The translations under genes were made by a program, and so were the position numbers. Shown piece after piece: positions 38,105 to 51,421 of a DNA stretch of 64,000 nucleotides (the first letter of the stretch is position 1; each line of letters starts with the position of its first letter). The stretch is from NCBI GenBank assembly GCA_030390025.1, contig CM059432.1, positions 38,070,001 to 38,134,000 on the forward strand, given 5' to 3'. Under the pieces are notes generated by a model that had not been told where the DNA came from, did no database searches, and worked only from the letters and a program-made list of their open reading frames with translations. Source of the stretch: Squalus acanthias. Lineage: Eukaryota.

Positions 38105-38532
38105 AAAAAGAAAAAGAAAGACTTGCATTTATATAGTGCCTTTCACAACCACCGGATGTCTCAAAGCACTTTACAACCAATGACATACTTTTGAAGTACA
38201 GTCACTGTTGGAATGTGGGAAACGCAGCAGCCAATTTGCGCACGGCAAGCTCCCACAAACAGCAATGTGATAATGGCCAGATAATTGTTTTTTGTTAGGC
38301 TGATTGAGGGATAAATATTGGCAGGACACCAGGAATCTTTTACGTCCACCTGAGAGAGCAGACAGGGCCTCGGTTTAACATCTCATCTGAAAGACGGCAC
38401 CTCCAACAGTGCAGCACTCCCTCGGAGTGTCAGCCTAGCTTTATGTGCACAAGTCCCTGGAGTGGGACTTTGAACCCACAACCTTCTGACTCAGAGGCGA
38501 GTGTGCTACCCACTGAGCTACAGCTGACACTC
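38105..38532 (-). mobile_element. tRNA-derived Deu-type SINE
   Basis: Minus-strand A/B boxes near 38460-38520; 3' end TATATAAATGCAAGTCTTTC. Confidence 0.8.
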
Positions 38533-38566
38533 TAGTATTGTAACTGAGAGAGGCATCAGACATTAA

Positions 38567-39191
38567 GGGCTGGATTTTGATACTGGGGCGGGTTGGGGTC
38601 GTGTCATCCACTTTTCGTGTTATCCACCCGACTGCAATTGGATGTGGGAGATTGATGCGATTTTCACCTAATTGGGCAATTGAGTTCCAGCATGTGGGAA
38701 CCCATGACCCAATCAGTGTTTTCAGTCTGAAAGTCGCCTCTGATGATGTCATCATTGCTGCTGCATTGAAGGTCTGCAAAGACTGTCTGGCCTTTGCTGT
38801 GAGAGGACCTGGAGGCAAAATGAGCAGCAGCAGCCCTAAGTCTGCTCCCAGATATTTTTGCACCACCACTCCCAGATATGTCTCCCAGCCAGCCATCCAA
38901 ATGTGCTCCCGCCAGGTTTCACATTCGTGGTTCAGAACAGGCGTGCTTCACGTAGAAAAAGGGTTAAAATCACAAAGGCCTTTCAAAATGGCATTATAGA
39001 GGCAATTTAGTGCTTGTTAAGGGCCTTAACAGCCTATCCCGCCTTTTAGAGGTGGGACAGAGTCGGGACCAGCAGACACGATTTAATGAAAATTGCATGG
39101 AGGCGGGCTTGTGCTCGCCCGCCAGTTTTCGCAATTTTAACCCCCCACACGCCTCCAAACCCACCTCCACGGGTCAATGAAAATCCAGCCC
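38567..39191. mobile_element. Harbinger-type MITE
   Basis: TIR GGGCTGGATTTT, TAA TSD. Confidence 0.9.
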
Positions 39192-39686
39192 TAAGACATT
39201 GATTAGAGCAGCAGCCTCAAGGGGATCAGCAAGATCAAGAGGAATCTGTGGATGTGGCTGCTCTGGACAAGTCATTACCGCCTGCAACCAGTGGCATCAC
39301 CAAATCATTACCATATTCTTCAGCTGAGCTCCAACATGCTCACTTAGGCTTATGATAGGGTAAATAGTGGTCGGCTGTTACCCCTTGTTGACAAAACAGC
39401 CACAGGTGGGCACAAGATAATTCCAAAATGAATTAAAGCGCAGGTAGAAAAAAAATTCTCTGCACAGAGAGTGGTTAGAATTTGAATATTAATCTTCTTT
39501 GTCACAAACTGTTGTCATAGCAGAATCCAAAATCTTTTAAAAGGAAATTAAACTGCTTATTGAAAAAGAGGAATATTAAAGGTTATGGAGGCAAAACAAG
39601 TAGGATTAGACGAGGTAGCTCATGTGGAGAAAATCACCATAGAATCATAAAATTATACAGCACAGAAGGAGGCCTGTTGGCCCAGT

Positions 39687-40100
39687 CAACCCAACAAATT
39701 CTTCCTCACTAACATCTGGGGATTTGTGCCAAAATTAGGAGAGCTTTCCCACAGACTAATCAACCAACAACTTGACATCTTCTTCGACAGCATCTCCTAA
39801 ACCCGCGAACTCTACCACCTAGAAGGACATGGGCAGCAGGCACATGGGAACACCACCACCTGCAAGCTCCCCTCCAAGTTATACACCATCCTGACTTGGA
39901 AATTTATCGCCGTTCCTTCATCGATGCTGGGTCAAAATCCTGGAACTCCCTCCCTAACAGCACTGTGGGAGTACCTTCACCACACGGACTGCAGCGGTTC
40001 AAGAAGGCGGCTCACCACCACCTTCTCAAGCAATTAGGGATGGGCAATAAATGCTGGCCTTACCAGCGACGCCCACATCCCATGAATGAATAAAGAAAAT
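39687..40100 (+). mobile_element. Internally deleted copy of the 5857-8870 LINE family, inside CR1 fragments
   Basis: 39700-39780 matches the ORF start (~8480-8560 reversed); 39780-39940 matches the 3' part (~5860-6010 reversed); then the 3' terminus. Confidence 0.65.
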
Positions 40101-40584
40101 CGTGCCTGTGCCGGTTCTTTGAACGATCTATCCAATTAGTTCCACTTCCATGCTCTTTCCACATAGCCCTGCAAATTTTTCCTTTTCAAGTATATATCCA
40201 ATTCCCTTTTGAAAGCTCCTATTGAACCTGCTTCCACTACCCTTTCAGGCAGTGCATTCCAAGATCATAACAACTCGCTGAGTAAAAAAAATACTCCTCA
40301 TCTCCTCGCGGTTCTTTTGCCAATTATCTTAAATCTGAGTTAAGATAATTGCAGACTTGATGGGACAAATTGTCTGTTTCTGTGCTGTAACATTTTACGA
40401 CTTTGGCTTATGATTCTATGAATTCTCATAGGGGCAATGGTGACTGCTGATGCTGCCCTGCAGCTTACAATAAAGCTATGTAATCATAGAATATACAGCA
40501 CAGAAAGAGACCATTCAGTCCGTTGTACCAGTCCCCATACCACTTCTTTTCAGCTGAAGCTATTTATTTTAATCCCTACTTTTA

Positions 40585-41271
40585 GCGCCCTGAAAAAGTT
40601 AGCGTCCCTGCGCCCGAAATTGAATGGTAGCGCCCCAAGCAGGAGGCGGGGTGCCACTGGAAGCTCTCCCCCGCCCACTTGGGGCGCTCCCATTGAATAT
40701 CACGGCACTACGTGCAGCAGCACCACGCGTGTCGGCACGTATCGCCGCGGTTTTGCAGGCCTCCCTCCCCTGATTAAAGGGGAGGGGCCTAGCGCAGCAC
40801 AAACCGGGGCCCAGCTGGACCACCGGGGAGTGGGGTGCCAGCAAAAGAGCCCGGCACACAAGAGGAGTGCCGGGCTGATGGATCGTGGCCGTCACCCTGC
40901 AGGAGGAGGCCAGAGGAGGCAGATGCTGGCAGGCGGCCCAAAAAAAATGGCCGCCCGGCACCTGCTCTTTAATTTACGCTGCCCCGGCCGCAAAAACGCC
41001 CCCCTGACCCTGTCGGACATAGCGTCCAGCGGTAGGTCAGGGGGCGCGAGCCAAGTTTGTGGCCGGGGCGCAAGTGGGGCGTGAGCGGGGCGCTGCGCAC
41101 ACCGATGATGTCATTGCCGGAGGCGCATCGCCGCGGGGAGCTACCGGCTACCGCCGCTAACCTCCCACTGAATTTCGAGGGAGGTGTTAGCGGCACTGCG
41201 CCCGGGCGCTAGGTGCTTTGCGCCCCCTTGGGGCGCTAACGGGAGGTGCAAAGCAACCGAATTTTTCCTCC
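40585..41271. mobile_element. GC-rich Harbinger-derived fragment
   Basis: Right end GGCGCTAACGGGAGG...CCGAATTTTTCCTCC resembles the terminus of element A. Confidence 0.6.
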
Positions 41272-41947
41272 TTCTTTTTAAATACTTTTCCAATTCTTTT
41301 TAAATTATGTTATAGTCTCTCTCTCTTTCCCTCTCTCTCAATAGTGACTTGTGCTAAAACATTCCATCTTATAAAAACCAAGGACGAAAAATTCGGTTGC
41401 AGTGCGCCCGTTATTTGGGCGTTACAGGTGCCATTGTGGTTCAAAATGGCGAACGAGCAGCGCGCGTGCACTTCTGGTGCGGGCTGCGCCGGACGCCATT
41501 TTGGTGAGGGCGTTAGTGTTGGCGCTGGGAGTGTGCACCGTAAGTATGCAGAGTGCGCAAATCGTGACGTCAATCAGTGTGTAATGATCATTTTAAGCCA
41601 GCGCTGCCATTTTCAACCTCAACGCCCTCTCTTAACCCCACACAGCTGAACATGCGTTCAGCATCAGGAAAGACCCCCCACCAGCACTATTTAAAGGGAG
41701 CATTACCTACTTATAGATTAGTTGCTGATTGATTTCTACGCGCTGCTGCTGATTTTGTAGAAGTGTTTGGCGATTTCTAGACTTCTTCAAATTTGCATAA
41801 AGTCTACAAGAAGTGGTGTGGCACGTGCTCAAGGACTTGGTATTGACTTGCAAGGGGTCTGCTCAGACCAGTTGCTCCCAGACATAGGTGCAGTAGTTTG
41901 TATCCCTCTTTGCCTGCAGCATGACAGGGAGAATGAGCAGAGGCGAC

Positions 41948-42364
41948 ACATAGAAACATAGAATCTAGGAGCAGGAGTAGGCCATTCGGCCCGTCGAGCC
42001 TGCTCCGCCATTCAATACGATCATGGCTGATCATCCAAATCCAGTACCCTGTCCCTGCTTTAATCCCCACAGTACACATATCCCACCCTACCCCTGTAAC
42101 CCCACGTATTTAATTCCCCCTAACATATCCCATCCTATCCCCATATATTTAATCCCCCCTAACACTAAGGGTCAATTTATCATAGCCAAATCAACCTAAC
42201 CCACACATTTTTGGACTGTGGGAGGAAACCGGAGCACCCGGAGGAAACCCACGCAGACACGGGGAGAATGTGCAAACTCCACACAGACAGTCACCCGAGG
42301 TCAGATTCGAACCCGGGTCTCTGGCGCTGTGAGGCACCAGTGCTAACCACTATGCCACCGTGTT
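41948..42364 (-). mobile_element. HE1-like V-SINE with CR1-derived tail
   Basis: tRNA head with B-box GGTTCGAATC; V-domain (plus strand GGAAACCGGAGCACCCGGAGGAAACCCACGCAGAC); CR1-type tail. Confidence 0.8.
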
Positions 42365-43101
42365 GACACAGAACAGGACAAGCTGCTAGAAGAGGCCGGA
42401 GGAGGAGGGGGAGCAGGGCTCTCAGCAGGAGAGTCAATGCCTTGTCCTTGAGCACATATCCACCAAGGCTCTTCAGGGAGCAATTCTCCTACCTCAATCT
42501 CGGTGACGAACAGTGCATGCAACATCTCCGTTTTACTAAGGAGGTGCTCACTGAAATCTGCAACCTACTGCAGGCAGACCTGCAGCCTCAGTTCAGGGTG
42601 AGGATGGCTTTGCCAGTGGTTGTAAAGGTGACCATGGCCTTGAACTTCTTTGTGTTGGGCTCCTTCCAGACTGGAGCAGGCGACATCTGTAGCATCTCCC
42701 AATTCGCCATCCACTCCTGTATAAGGGAGGTGAGTGAGGCTCTGTATGCAAAGAGAACTGAGTACTTTTCATCCTCTCTTGCCAGAGAGAAGCAGGCAGA
42801 GCGAGCACGCAGCTTCGCCAGGATAGCAGGCTTCCCCATGGTGCAGGGTGCCATTGACTGCACGTACATCGCTTTGCGGGCGCCGCATCTCAATTCGGAG
42901 ATGTACTGCAACCAGAAGGGATTCCATTCCCTCCATGTCCAGCTGGTGTGCGACTATATTCAGTACATCAGGCAGGTCAATTCTCGGTATCCTGGCAGCA
43001 GTCATGATGCCTTCATTCTGCAGGCAGTCCACTGTACCATCAGCATTTGAGCCACCACGACAAACCAGAGGGTGGCTACTGGGTGATGAGGGCTATCTGC
43101 T

Positions 43102-43420
43102 ATAATAAAAACAGAAAATGCTGGTCAGGAGCAGCAGGTCAGGCAGCATCTGTGGAGAGAGAAACAGAGTTAACGTTTCAGGTCGATGACCCTTCGTCAG
43201 AACTGGAAAAAGCTGGGGATCGAACAGGTTTTTAAGCAAGTGCAGGGGCAGGGAAAGGGGGGAGGGGAGGAAAGAACAAAAGAGAAGGTCTGTGATAGGA
43301 TGGAAGGCAGGAGAGATTAAGAGACATTAAGAGATGGTGCAAGGCAAAAGGAGATGGTAATGGGACAAGTTAAGAAACAAAAGATGGCTCTAGATAAAGT
43401 GTAAATGGCGACTGGCACCC
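43102..43420 (-). mobile_element. PLE pLTR mini-insertion, 13-bp TSD
   Basis: TSD AGGGCTATCTGCT at 43089-43101 and 43421-43433; homologous to ~5260-5530. Confidence 0.85.
43168..43205 (-). ncRNA. Minimal hammerhead ribozyme motif with intact core
   Basis: Minus strand CAGTT-CTGACGA-AGGGTCATCGACCT-GAAACGTT-AACT. Confidence 0.72.
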
Positions 43421-44489
43421 AGGGCTATCTGCTGATCACCTGGCTCATGATTCCGCTGCGCAACCCATGCACACATGGGCACCATGCGTACAATGAGAGC
43501 CATGCTGCCACATGGAATCTGATAGAGCAGACCATTGGCGTCCTTAAACAATGCTTCCGCTCCCTGAACCGCTCTGGAGGAGCCCTGCAGTACTCGCCAG
43601 AGCGCTTCTGAAGATTCGTCTTGGTCTGCTACAAGCTCCACAACCTCGCATTATGAGGATACAGCCCTTGCCACCAGGCATACGGCGACCAGCTGAGGAG
43701 GAGGAAAAGGAGGAACGGAAGGGAGGAGCCAATTCAGACAGCCCCTTTCTGCCCGGGCTCTCCGTGATCGACTCATCCGAACACAACCCCAATTCCCCGT
43801 TCACCAATAGTCCCACACCTTACCTTCCGTCTATTCCTGACCATCACAGTGTCCTCTTGGCCACAATGCTAAAATAAAAGACACCATAAAACAAACATTC
43901 AAAACCAATATTATGAATCAAACCATTACAATATTTTATTCAAAAGGCAACTAATCACCCTTGTGCATTCCCTTAGTGCCTGTGTTCCATGTGCCTTTGC
44001 CTGTCCAAGTACTCCTACGCAGTGCTACCCCAGTGGTTGCAGCATGGCTGGTGGAATGCTGCTGGCTTTCAGTGGGGGAGACAGCAGATGGCCTTGCAGG
44101 ACGACCTCAAGCAGCTCTGGGCCTAGTAGGCCCGGCTTCGGACTGCACCACCTTGGCATGGGCGGCAGCAGTCTAGGCTGGCTGATGGGCAACAGCAAGG
44201 GCACTAGTGGAGTGAGTGCCCATTAAAGCTCAAAAATGTAGAAGCTTTATGTTCTTTAAAGTTCCTATGCCTGGAGGACTGGATAAAGCTGATTTCTGAT
44301 TGTCATTAAAGGACTGCTGCCTGATAAGTCTACACCCATCAGTTATGGAGCAGTCTTTGCCAGTTGTCCAGGCCTAGAAACCTTAAAGAGCTGAAGTGAA
44401 ACCAGTTGCACACAATAAAATGGCAGGAACTTTGTAGAATGGATCAAAGGAGCTCACAGACCACATTTAATACACAAGCTAAATCTTGG

Positions 44490-45090
44490 ATACTCCCAGT
44501 TTAGCGAAATACTTCCTTTTACTGTTCTATTCTCCAAAATGTACTACATCATATTTCTTTGCATTGAACTTCATCTGTCACCTACTTGTCCACTCTGCTG
44601 ACCTGTCTATGGCCTGATCCAGTCTCCCTCAGAGTATACCATGCCCTGCGAGATGGTATCATCAGCAAACTTCAATAGTATTGCTCTTATGCTAATGTAT
44701 TTTGATTGCACTTCTTTTGTGCATATGTCTTAACGACTTATATAAATAGAAAACAAAAGAGATCCTAGCAGCAATCCCTGCGGCTCATATCCTGCCAAAC
44801 TGAAAAAACATCCCTTTACCTCCACTCTTTGATTTCTGTCCCAAGTCATCTCTCCGTCCATGCATCTACACTTTCTTTAGTACCACGTGCTTTAATTTTC
44901 ATAACAAGTCTCACATGTGACTGTTCATCAAAAGAATTCTGAAAATCCATGTATACAAGATCCATTGCTTTATCTGTAAATCGTGATATCCTCAAAAAAA
45001 TCAATTAAACTAATCATGACCTGCCTTTTATAAGTCCGATTAGCCCAGGTCTTTCTAAATGTTCACTAACGTCATCCTGTATTATGGACT
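44490..45090 (-). mobile_element. Old CR1 RT fragment
   Basis: Degenerate KFADDT and PQG.LLG motifs on minus. Confidence 0.6.
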
Positions 45091-47066
45091 CTAAGGGGTA
45101 ATTTTCTGAGTTTGAGTTGATGGCTGGGAGCCTCGCCCACCGGAACACATATCAGATTGTGCTGCCAGCAAAGAAGGTCCACCACTGCTCGCAGATACTT
45201 GGACAATTACCTCCTCGAGGTTTGCTCACACCGAGTTAAGGCCAACAGTGAAGTATGGCCGCTCACTGAAGCAGACAGCTACCAGGTGTTTCCCAGAAAT
45301 TAATGGCAACATTCCTGTGGGATAGTACTGATCTCATCCAGCCCCTTGTAAAAGGTTAGCTATTCTTCCCCCAGTGAAGATTTACACATGCCTATCTATG
45401 GTGCCTATGGCATGAACCCCTGGACTATTTTGCAAATCAGTGGATATGAGCTTGGACAGTGCTTGGATCACTGTCAGCAGTGACTTTGCAGCTGCACAAA
45501 CTCCTGCCTTCCCTCCATAAGATACTCCACCCTTTTCCCCCAGAGTCAAAACCAATCTTGACAGCTTCTTGTACTCTGATACAATGCATCCAGAGCAGCT
45601 GTGTCCGCAGATGTTACGTTTGCATACACTATGACTATTCCCTTAGAGACTGAGGATGTAATCTGAAATATGTCACCATACACCCCTGCAGTATGAGTCT
45701 AACTAGTTGGCCTTTATTTGTGGATATTTAAGTCATGAACTCCTACATAGATATTCACTCATACTATGCACCATGGAGCTGAGTGACCTTTCCATGTTCC
45801 AACATCCGTTGTTCCAAAGGATATGCAGAAAGATTTTCAATCCCTAAGCAACACAGAAATAACAGTAGATGACATGGACCCCTGCAAAGAATTTGCTACC
45901 CTCTCTGTAGACCTTCCTGGATCTAAAACCTTTACCTTGTGCTGTGCATCCTTACTAGCATGTTCAAAGGGCTTAATACCATTTTAAGGCACCTGCCAGA
46001 GACACCTCTACAGCGCCCGAACCAATGTAGTGTCAGACGTGCTTCTGATGCTGCTTGGGCGCGGGAGGTAGGCCCCCTAATTTGGACACCTTTGCATTTG
46101 TTTTCCACTTGGAGGTCTAATGTCACACGCAGAGCGAGAGAAAAAATGAGGGAGGTGTCAAGAGTGGAAGGCAAACAAAGACTGAGAGGAAGAGACAGAA
46201 GAATTAAAGATTGGAAGCGATGTAGCGAGACAGCTGTAGGAGGAGGCACAGATCTTCTTCTAACTTTTATCTGTGAACAATGCCACAAGAGATTAACAAT
46301 ATAATATAATGATACATTGGGGAGATTTTGAGACTCCTGCCCAGTGGAAATGGAATGGTAGTGCCCTGAAAATGGTGAGAAATTACTTATCAGCACTGTT
46401 GTGGGCGCAGCAATCTTCCCCCGAGCCTAACGCTGAGCAGCAGGCCCTTTCAATATGCAGATTAGGATACTATGATGTACATATCCTGTACCAAGACCTG
46501 CTCACCCATTACCTCTATCTTCATGGATCTCCACTGGCTGCTTGTCCTCCAATACACTGAATTCCAAATCCTGGTTCTTGGTTACAAATCCTTTCAATGC
46601 ATTGCCGCACCCTGCCTTTGCAACCTCTCCTAGCGCATTTGCTCCACTGACTCTAGCCTTCTCTGCATCATGCCTCCTGTGTTTGCTGTGGCTCAGTGTG
46701 TACCATTCTCACCTCTGCATCAGAAGGTTGTGGGTTCAAGTGCCACTCCAGAGACTTGAGCGCATAATCCAGGCTGACACTTCAGTGCAATACTGAGGGA
46801 GCGCTGCACAGTCAGAGGTGCTGTTTTTGGATGAGATGGTAAACTGAGGCCTTGTCTGCCCCTTCAGGTGTACTTAAATATCCGAAGGCACTGTTAAAGA
46901 AGAGGCAGAGAGTTCTCCTCGGTGTCCTGACTAATATTTATCCCGCAATCAATGTCAGTAAAACAAATTATCTTGTCGTTTATCTCATTGCTGTTTGTGG
47001 GATCTTGCTGTGTGAAAACTGGCTGTCGTATTTCCTACATTACAACAGGGACTACACTTCAAAAGT

Positions 47067-50000
47067 CTTCTTCTTAGGCAGTCCCTCGGAACCGAGGATG
47101 ACTTGCTTCCACACTAAAAATGAGTTCTCAGGTGACTGATGAGTCCAATGTGGGACCTACAGTCTCTGTCACAGGTGGGGCAGACGGTGGTTGAAGGGGC
47201 GGGTGGGTGGGGTGCTTGAGTTGATGTGTGCTCCTTCCGCTGTTTGCGCTTGGCTTCCGCTTGCTCCTGGCAAAGAGACTCGAGGTGTTCAGCACCTTCC
47301 CAGATGCTTCTCCTCCACTTTGTGCAGTCTTGGGCCAGGGATTCCCAGGTGTCGGTGGGGATGTTGCACTTTTTCAAGGAGGCTTTGAGGGTGTCCTTGA
47401 AGCGTTTCCTTTGCCCACCTGGGGCTCTCTTGCCATGTCGGAGCTCCGAGTAGAGTGCTTGTTTTGGGAGTCTCGTATCGGGCATGCGGACGATGTGACC
47501 CGTCCTTCAGAGCTGATCGAGCGTGGTCAGAGCTTCGATGCTGGGGATGTTGGCCTGAGCGAGAACACTGACGTTGGTGAGCCTATCCTGCCAATGGATT
47601 TGCAGGATCTTGCGGAGGCAACGTTGGTGGTACCTCTCCAGTGCTTTGAGGTGCCTGCTGCACATGGTCCATGTCTCTGAAGCATACAGGAGGGCGGGTA
47701 GCACTACTGCTCTGTAGACCATGAGCTTGGTGCTGGGTTTGAGGTCCTGGTCTTCAAACACTCTCTTCCTCAGGCGACCGAAGGCTGCACTGGCACACTG
47801 AAGGCGATGTTGGACTTCGTCATCGACGTCTGCCCTTGTTGACAGTAGGCTCCCGAGGCATGGAAAGTGATTCACGTTGTCCAAGGCCTCGTCGTGGATT
47901 TTGATAATCGGGGGGCAGTACTGTGTGGCGGGGGCAGGTTGGTAGAGGACCTTTGTCTTATAGATGTTTAGTGTAAGGCCAATGCTCTCGTATGCTTCGG
48001 TGAAGATGTTAACGATCGTTTGGAGTTTGGCCTCAGAGTATGCGCAGACGCATGCGTCGTCTACATACTGTAATTCGATGACAGAGGAAGGGACGACCTT
48101 GGATCTGGACTGGAAGCAACGGAGGTTGAACAGTTTCCCGTTTGTTCTGTAGATTAGCTGCACACCAGCGGGGAGCTTACTGAGGGTGAGATGGAGCATT
48201 GCAGCCAGGAAGATCGAGAAGAGCGTTGGTGTGATGACACAGCCTTGCTTGACCCCAGTCCGTACGTGAATTGGGTCTGTGGTGGATCCGTTGGTCAGGA
48301 TCACGGCTTGCATGTCGTCGTGAAGCAGGCAGAGGATGGTGACAAACTTTTGAGGGCAGCTGAATTTGAGGAGGACATTTCATAATCCCTCACGGTTGAT
48401 GGTGTCGGAGGCCTTTGTGAGGTCAAAGAAGGCCATGTACAGCGGTTGGTGCTGTTCCCTGCATTTCTCTTGCAGTTGACACGCGGTGAAGATCATGTCC
48501 ATTGTGCCCCTTAGTGTGCGGAATCCGCATTGCGACTCTGGGAGGAGCTCTTCAGCCACTGGGAGAAGGCGATTGAGGAGGATTCTTTCGATGACTTTCC
48601 CTGTGGCAGACAGCAGGGAGACTCCTCTGTAATTACCGCAATCAGACTTGGTCACCTTTCTTGAAGATGATCACGATTACGGCGTCTCTGAGATCCCCTG
48701 GCATGCTCTCCTCCTTCCAAATAAGATAAATGAGTTCATGTATTCACGCCAAGGACGCTCGTATCACCCTCGCCATGACAGGAGCTGACGACTGCTGAAC
48801 AGGCCACCGCCTAATCCTGTTCTGTCATCACCATCAATGTAGCCCCAAAACAGCAGCGGCAACAGAAGCAATGCCGCAGGAAAATCAACGCTGGAGCACT
48901 CAAAGACCCCACTAAGAAAGCCCTATTCAGCCTGCACCTCACAACCAACCTGACGACTCCCAGTGATTCAGAGACACAGAGTGTCCACAGCGCCTGGTCT
49001 GCACTCAAGGCCTCCATAATCAGCACCTGTGAAGAGACGCTCGGACACTCGACTACAAAACACCAAGACTGGTTCGACGAGAACGACCAGGAAATCCAGG
49101 AGCTAATAAGCTGCAAGCTCAAGGTATACCTGATCTGGAAACAGCAACAGAACTCGAGAGCAAGAAAGCAGCTCTACAGACGCCTGAAGGCCAAGGTCCA
49201 AAAAAAAACTCGCGACCTAAAGAACAGATGGTGGGTGGAGAAAGCGCAGGAGATCCAGCAGCTCGCCGACAACCACGACCATGCATGGATTCTTTAGCGC
49301 AGTCAAGACCACCTACGGCCCAAGCACCCAAGGTCCTACCCCACTGCGGGCCAAGAACGGAGAGGCAGTCAGTGCCTGCTGGAAGGAGCACTTCGAAGAT
49401 TTCCTTAACCGAGACTCTGTCTTCGACGCGAATGTCCTCAACTCCATCCCGCAGCATGCTACCCGCCACCACCTCAGCACAACCCCAGCCCAGCATGAGG
49501 TTGAAAAGGCCATCTGACAACTGAAGAACAACAAGGCCTCAGGAGCAGATGGAATCCCCGCCGAGGCGGCTAAAACATGGTGGAGAATGTAAAGTTTCGC
49601 AATTATCGCGATTCAAAATAACATAAGAGAAGCAGATTCGTTTGATCAGTTTTATTAAACGAAATGCTGTCCTGATAATAAAGGACACAGAAGCCTGTAA
49701 AATGGCCGCCTGCGCATCGTGGCAGAAGCTTCCAGAAACACAGTGGGCAGACAAAATGGCGTCGAATATACATTCAGTATAAGATTGGATCATACTCGGT
49801 AAACACTGATAAAGGCAGGATGCAACCCGTTTGCATTTGGAACAATAGCAAAGATATAAGTGCTGGAATCGTTTTCCTATGCACAGTAAGGATCATTGTA
49901 CTGGGCAATCGAAGGCCCATCCAGACACATCAATACACAAATACCCCCCCGGCTCTACAATGAGAGAGACATTGACGGGTGATTAAGCCAGTATTCGGGG

Positions 50001-51255
50001 GGCCCCAAAACCAGTCGAGGAGACGATTCATACAATCCTGGCTGGCTCAACAATGGAGAAAACATTAACGGATAGTTGGCCAGTTTCAGGTGCTACCGAA
50101 ACCCGTTAAAGAAGATAATCGCCCCATGCTGGGAGTTTTGAGCGCCAAATATTACACAAAGGATAAACATTAAGATTTGAGCGGAAGATAAGCGGACACA
50201 TCACTATAACTATAGAGAACAAATGTCCATCGCTCTCTTGATTCGACTCTTATCCTCTGGTATCGCTCTCCTGGACGGGCAGCCTCTTGATTTTCTCTCT
50301 GGACTTTGTTGACTCTTGACTCTTAGCCGTACTGGTCGGTTATTCGAGTGTTGGGTGGAGCTCAATCGGTACGAGCCGCCCCGACAAGGGCAAGTAACAG
50401 GGTACACCATCCCGAGTGTCGGTAAACGGTGTCTGGACCCGGAGGCCCGAGGAGACGAGACGAGAAGAAAACGAGAAGAAATTCCACGTGCCGCCACGGT
50501 CAGTAAACCCCGACCGCGCCCGAAAATATAAATACAGGACTTTTCTTTGAGTTCTACCGACTACAACCTGTGTCGAGCACAGGAAGACTCTTCTTTGAAC
50601 TGTGTCCGAGGTCCGTTGAGTTCTTCATGACAACAGGGAGTCTGGCCTGCTTTTCGCAGCAGCGAAAGTAAACAAGTGGGGCCAGAGACCCTTCCAAACA
50701 CGTGACAGTCAGGCGCTGCTGCGAAACGAGCTGAGTGCCTCACTTTAAAAATCTCCGAAGTAACACGAGTGGTGAGCATGTTTTCTGATCCTACAAATCC
50801 AGACGTAGTGTAGGTATTGTTAAGGGAGGGTGGTTTTAATAAGGTTAAGATATAATGTGTTCCCCTTTCTACGATGTGCCGTGTGTTCTCCATTTCCATA
50901 GACCAAGCTTTATGAATGTATGTATACTTGTACTATCTTTGATTTGCGCCTATGACATGTATTTCATGATTTTAGATGCCATGCAATAAAGATTTCCATT
51001 TTGTACTATTCAACCGGGTCTATTTGAGTTTTTCTCTGCATTACTGCTCCCTGCACCTAAGTCCAGTGTTAGAACCGTAAGGGCGAGTGGGTCGAACCAC
51101 TCACAGGTGCTTATTGCAAAAAGGGCTGGCCGGAGACCAGAGCAAGCAATAGTATAGGCAACAAAGGCCTAACCTCGCACCAGCACCGTCTGAGCACCGT
51201 TTGAAACCCCTTACAAGAAGCACTATTGACACGAATACATGAACTCATTTCTCTT
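47067..51255 (-). mobile_element. RTE LINE with 5' inversion, 11-bp TSD
   Basis: (AAG)n tail; RT segment 47067-48752 on minus; upstream APE/linker segment 48753-49587 and 51220-51255 on plus; TSD ACTTCAAAAGT at 47056-47066 and 51256-51266. Confidence 0.88.
49588..51215 (+). mobile_element. Solo LTR (1628 bp) related to element 2 LTR
   Basis: TGTA...CCCTTACA ends, AGAA TSD, collinear homology with 51422-53034. Confidence 0.92.
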
Positions 51256-51421
51256 ACTTCAAAAGTACTTAATTAATTGTTAATTGCTTTCTAATGTCTT
51301 GAGGTCATGAAAGGCGCTATGTAAAGGCAAGTTCTTTCTTTCAATGGCAGAGCCTTTAGCCACCTCAGTCCTACACTTTGGAACTTCCACCTTAAACTTC
51401 ATTTCCTTGGTGCTTCTCTCC

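Larger units (their letters stand above)
41382..44220 (+). mobile_element. Truncated Harbinger element D (transposase pseudogene ~41880-43760; Myb 3' end on minus)
   Basis: GFPMVQGAIDCTY, YPGSSHDAFIL, LIEQTIGVLKQ; interrupted by SINE and PLE inserts. Confidence 0.8.
46684..51340 (+). mobile_element. Deu-type SINE split by the RTE insertion (46684-47066, 51267-51340)
   Basis: tRNA head at 46688-46745; SINE sequence resumes after the TSD. Confidence 0.8.

Noticed and set aside
47134..47166. Hammerhead-like CTGATGAGTCC...GGGAC (also ~14602)
   Set aside because: No GAAA core after stem II; it is the antisense of RTE codons for SHIGLISH.
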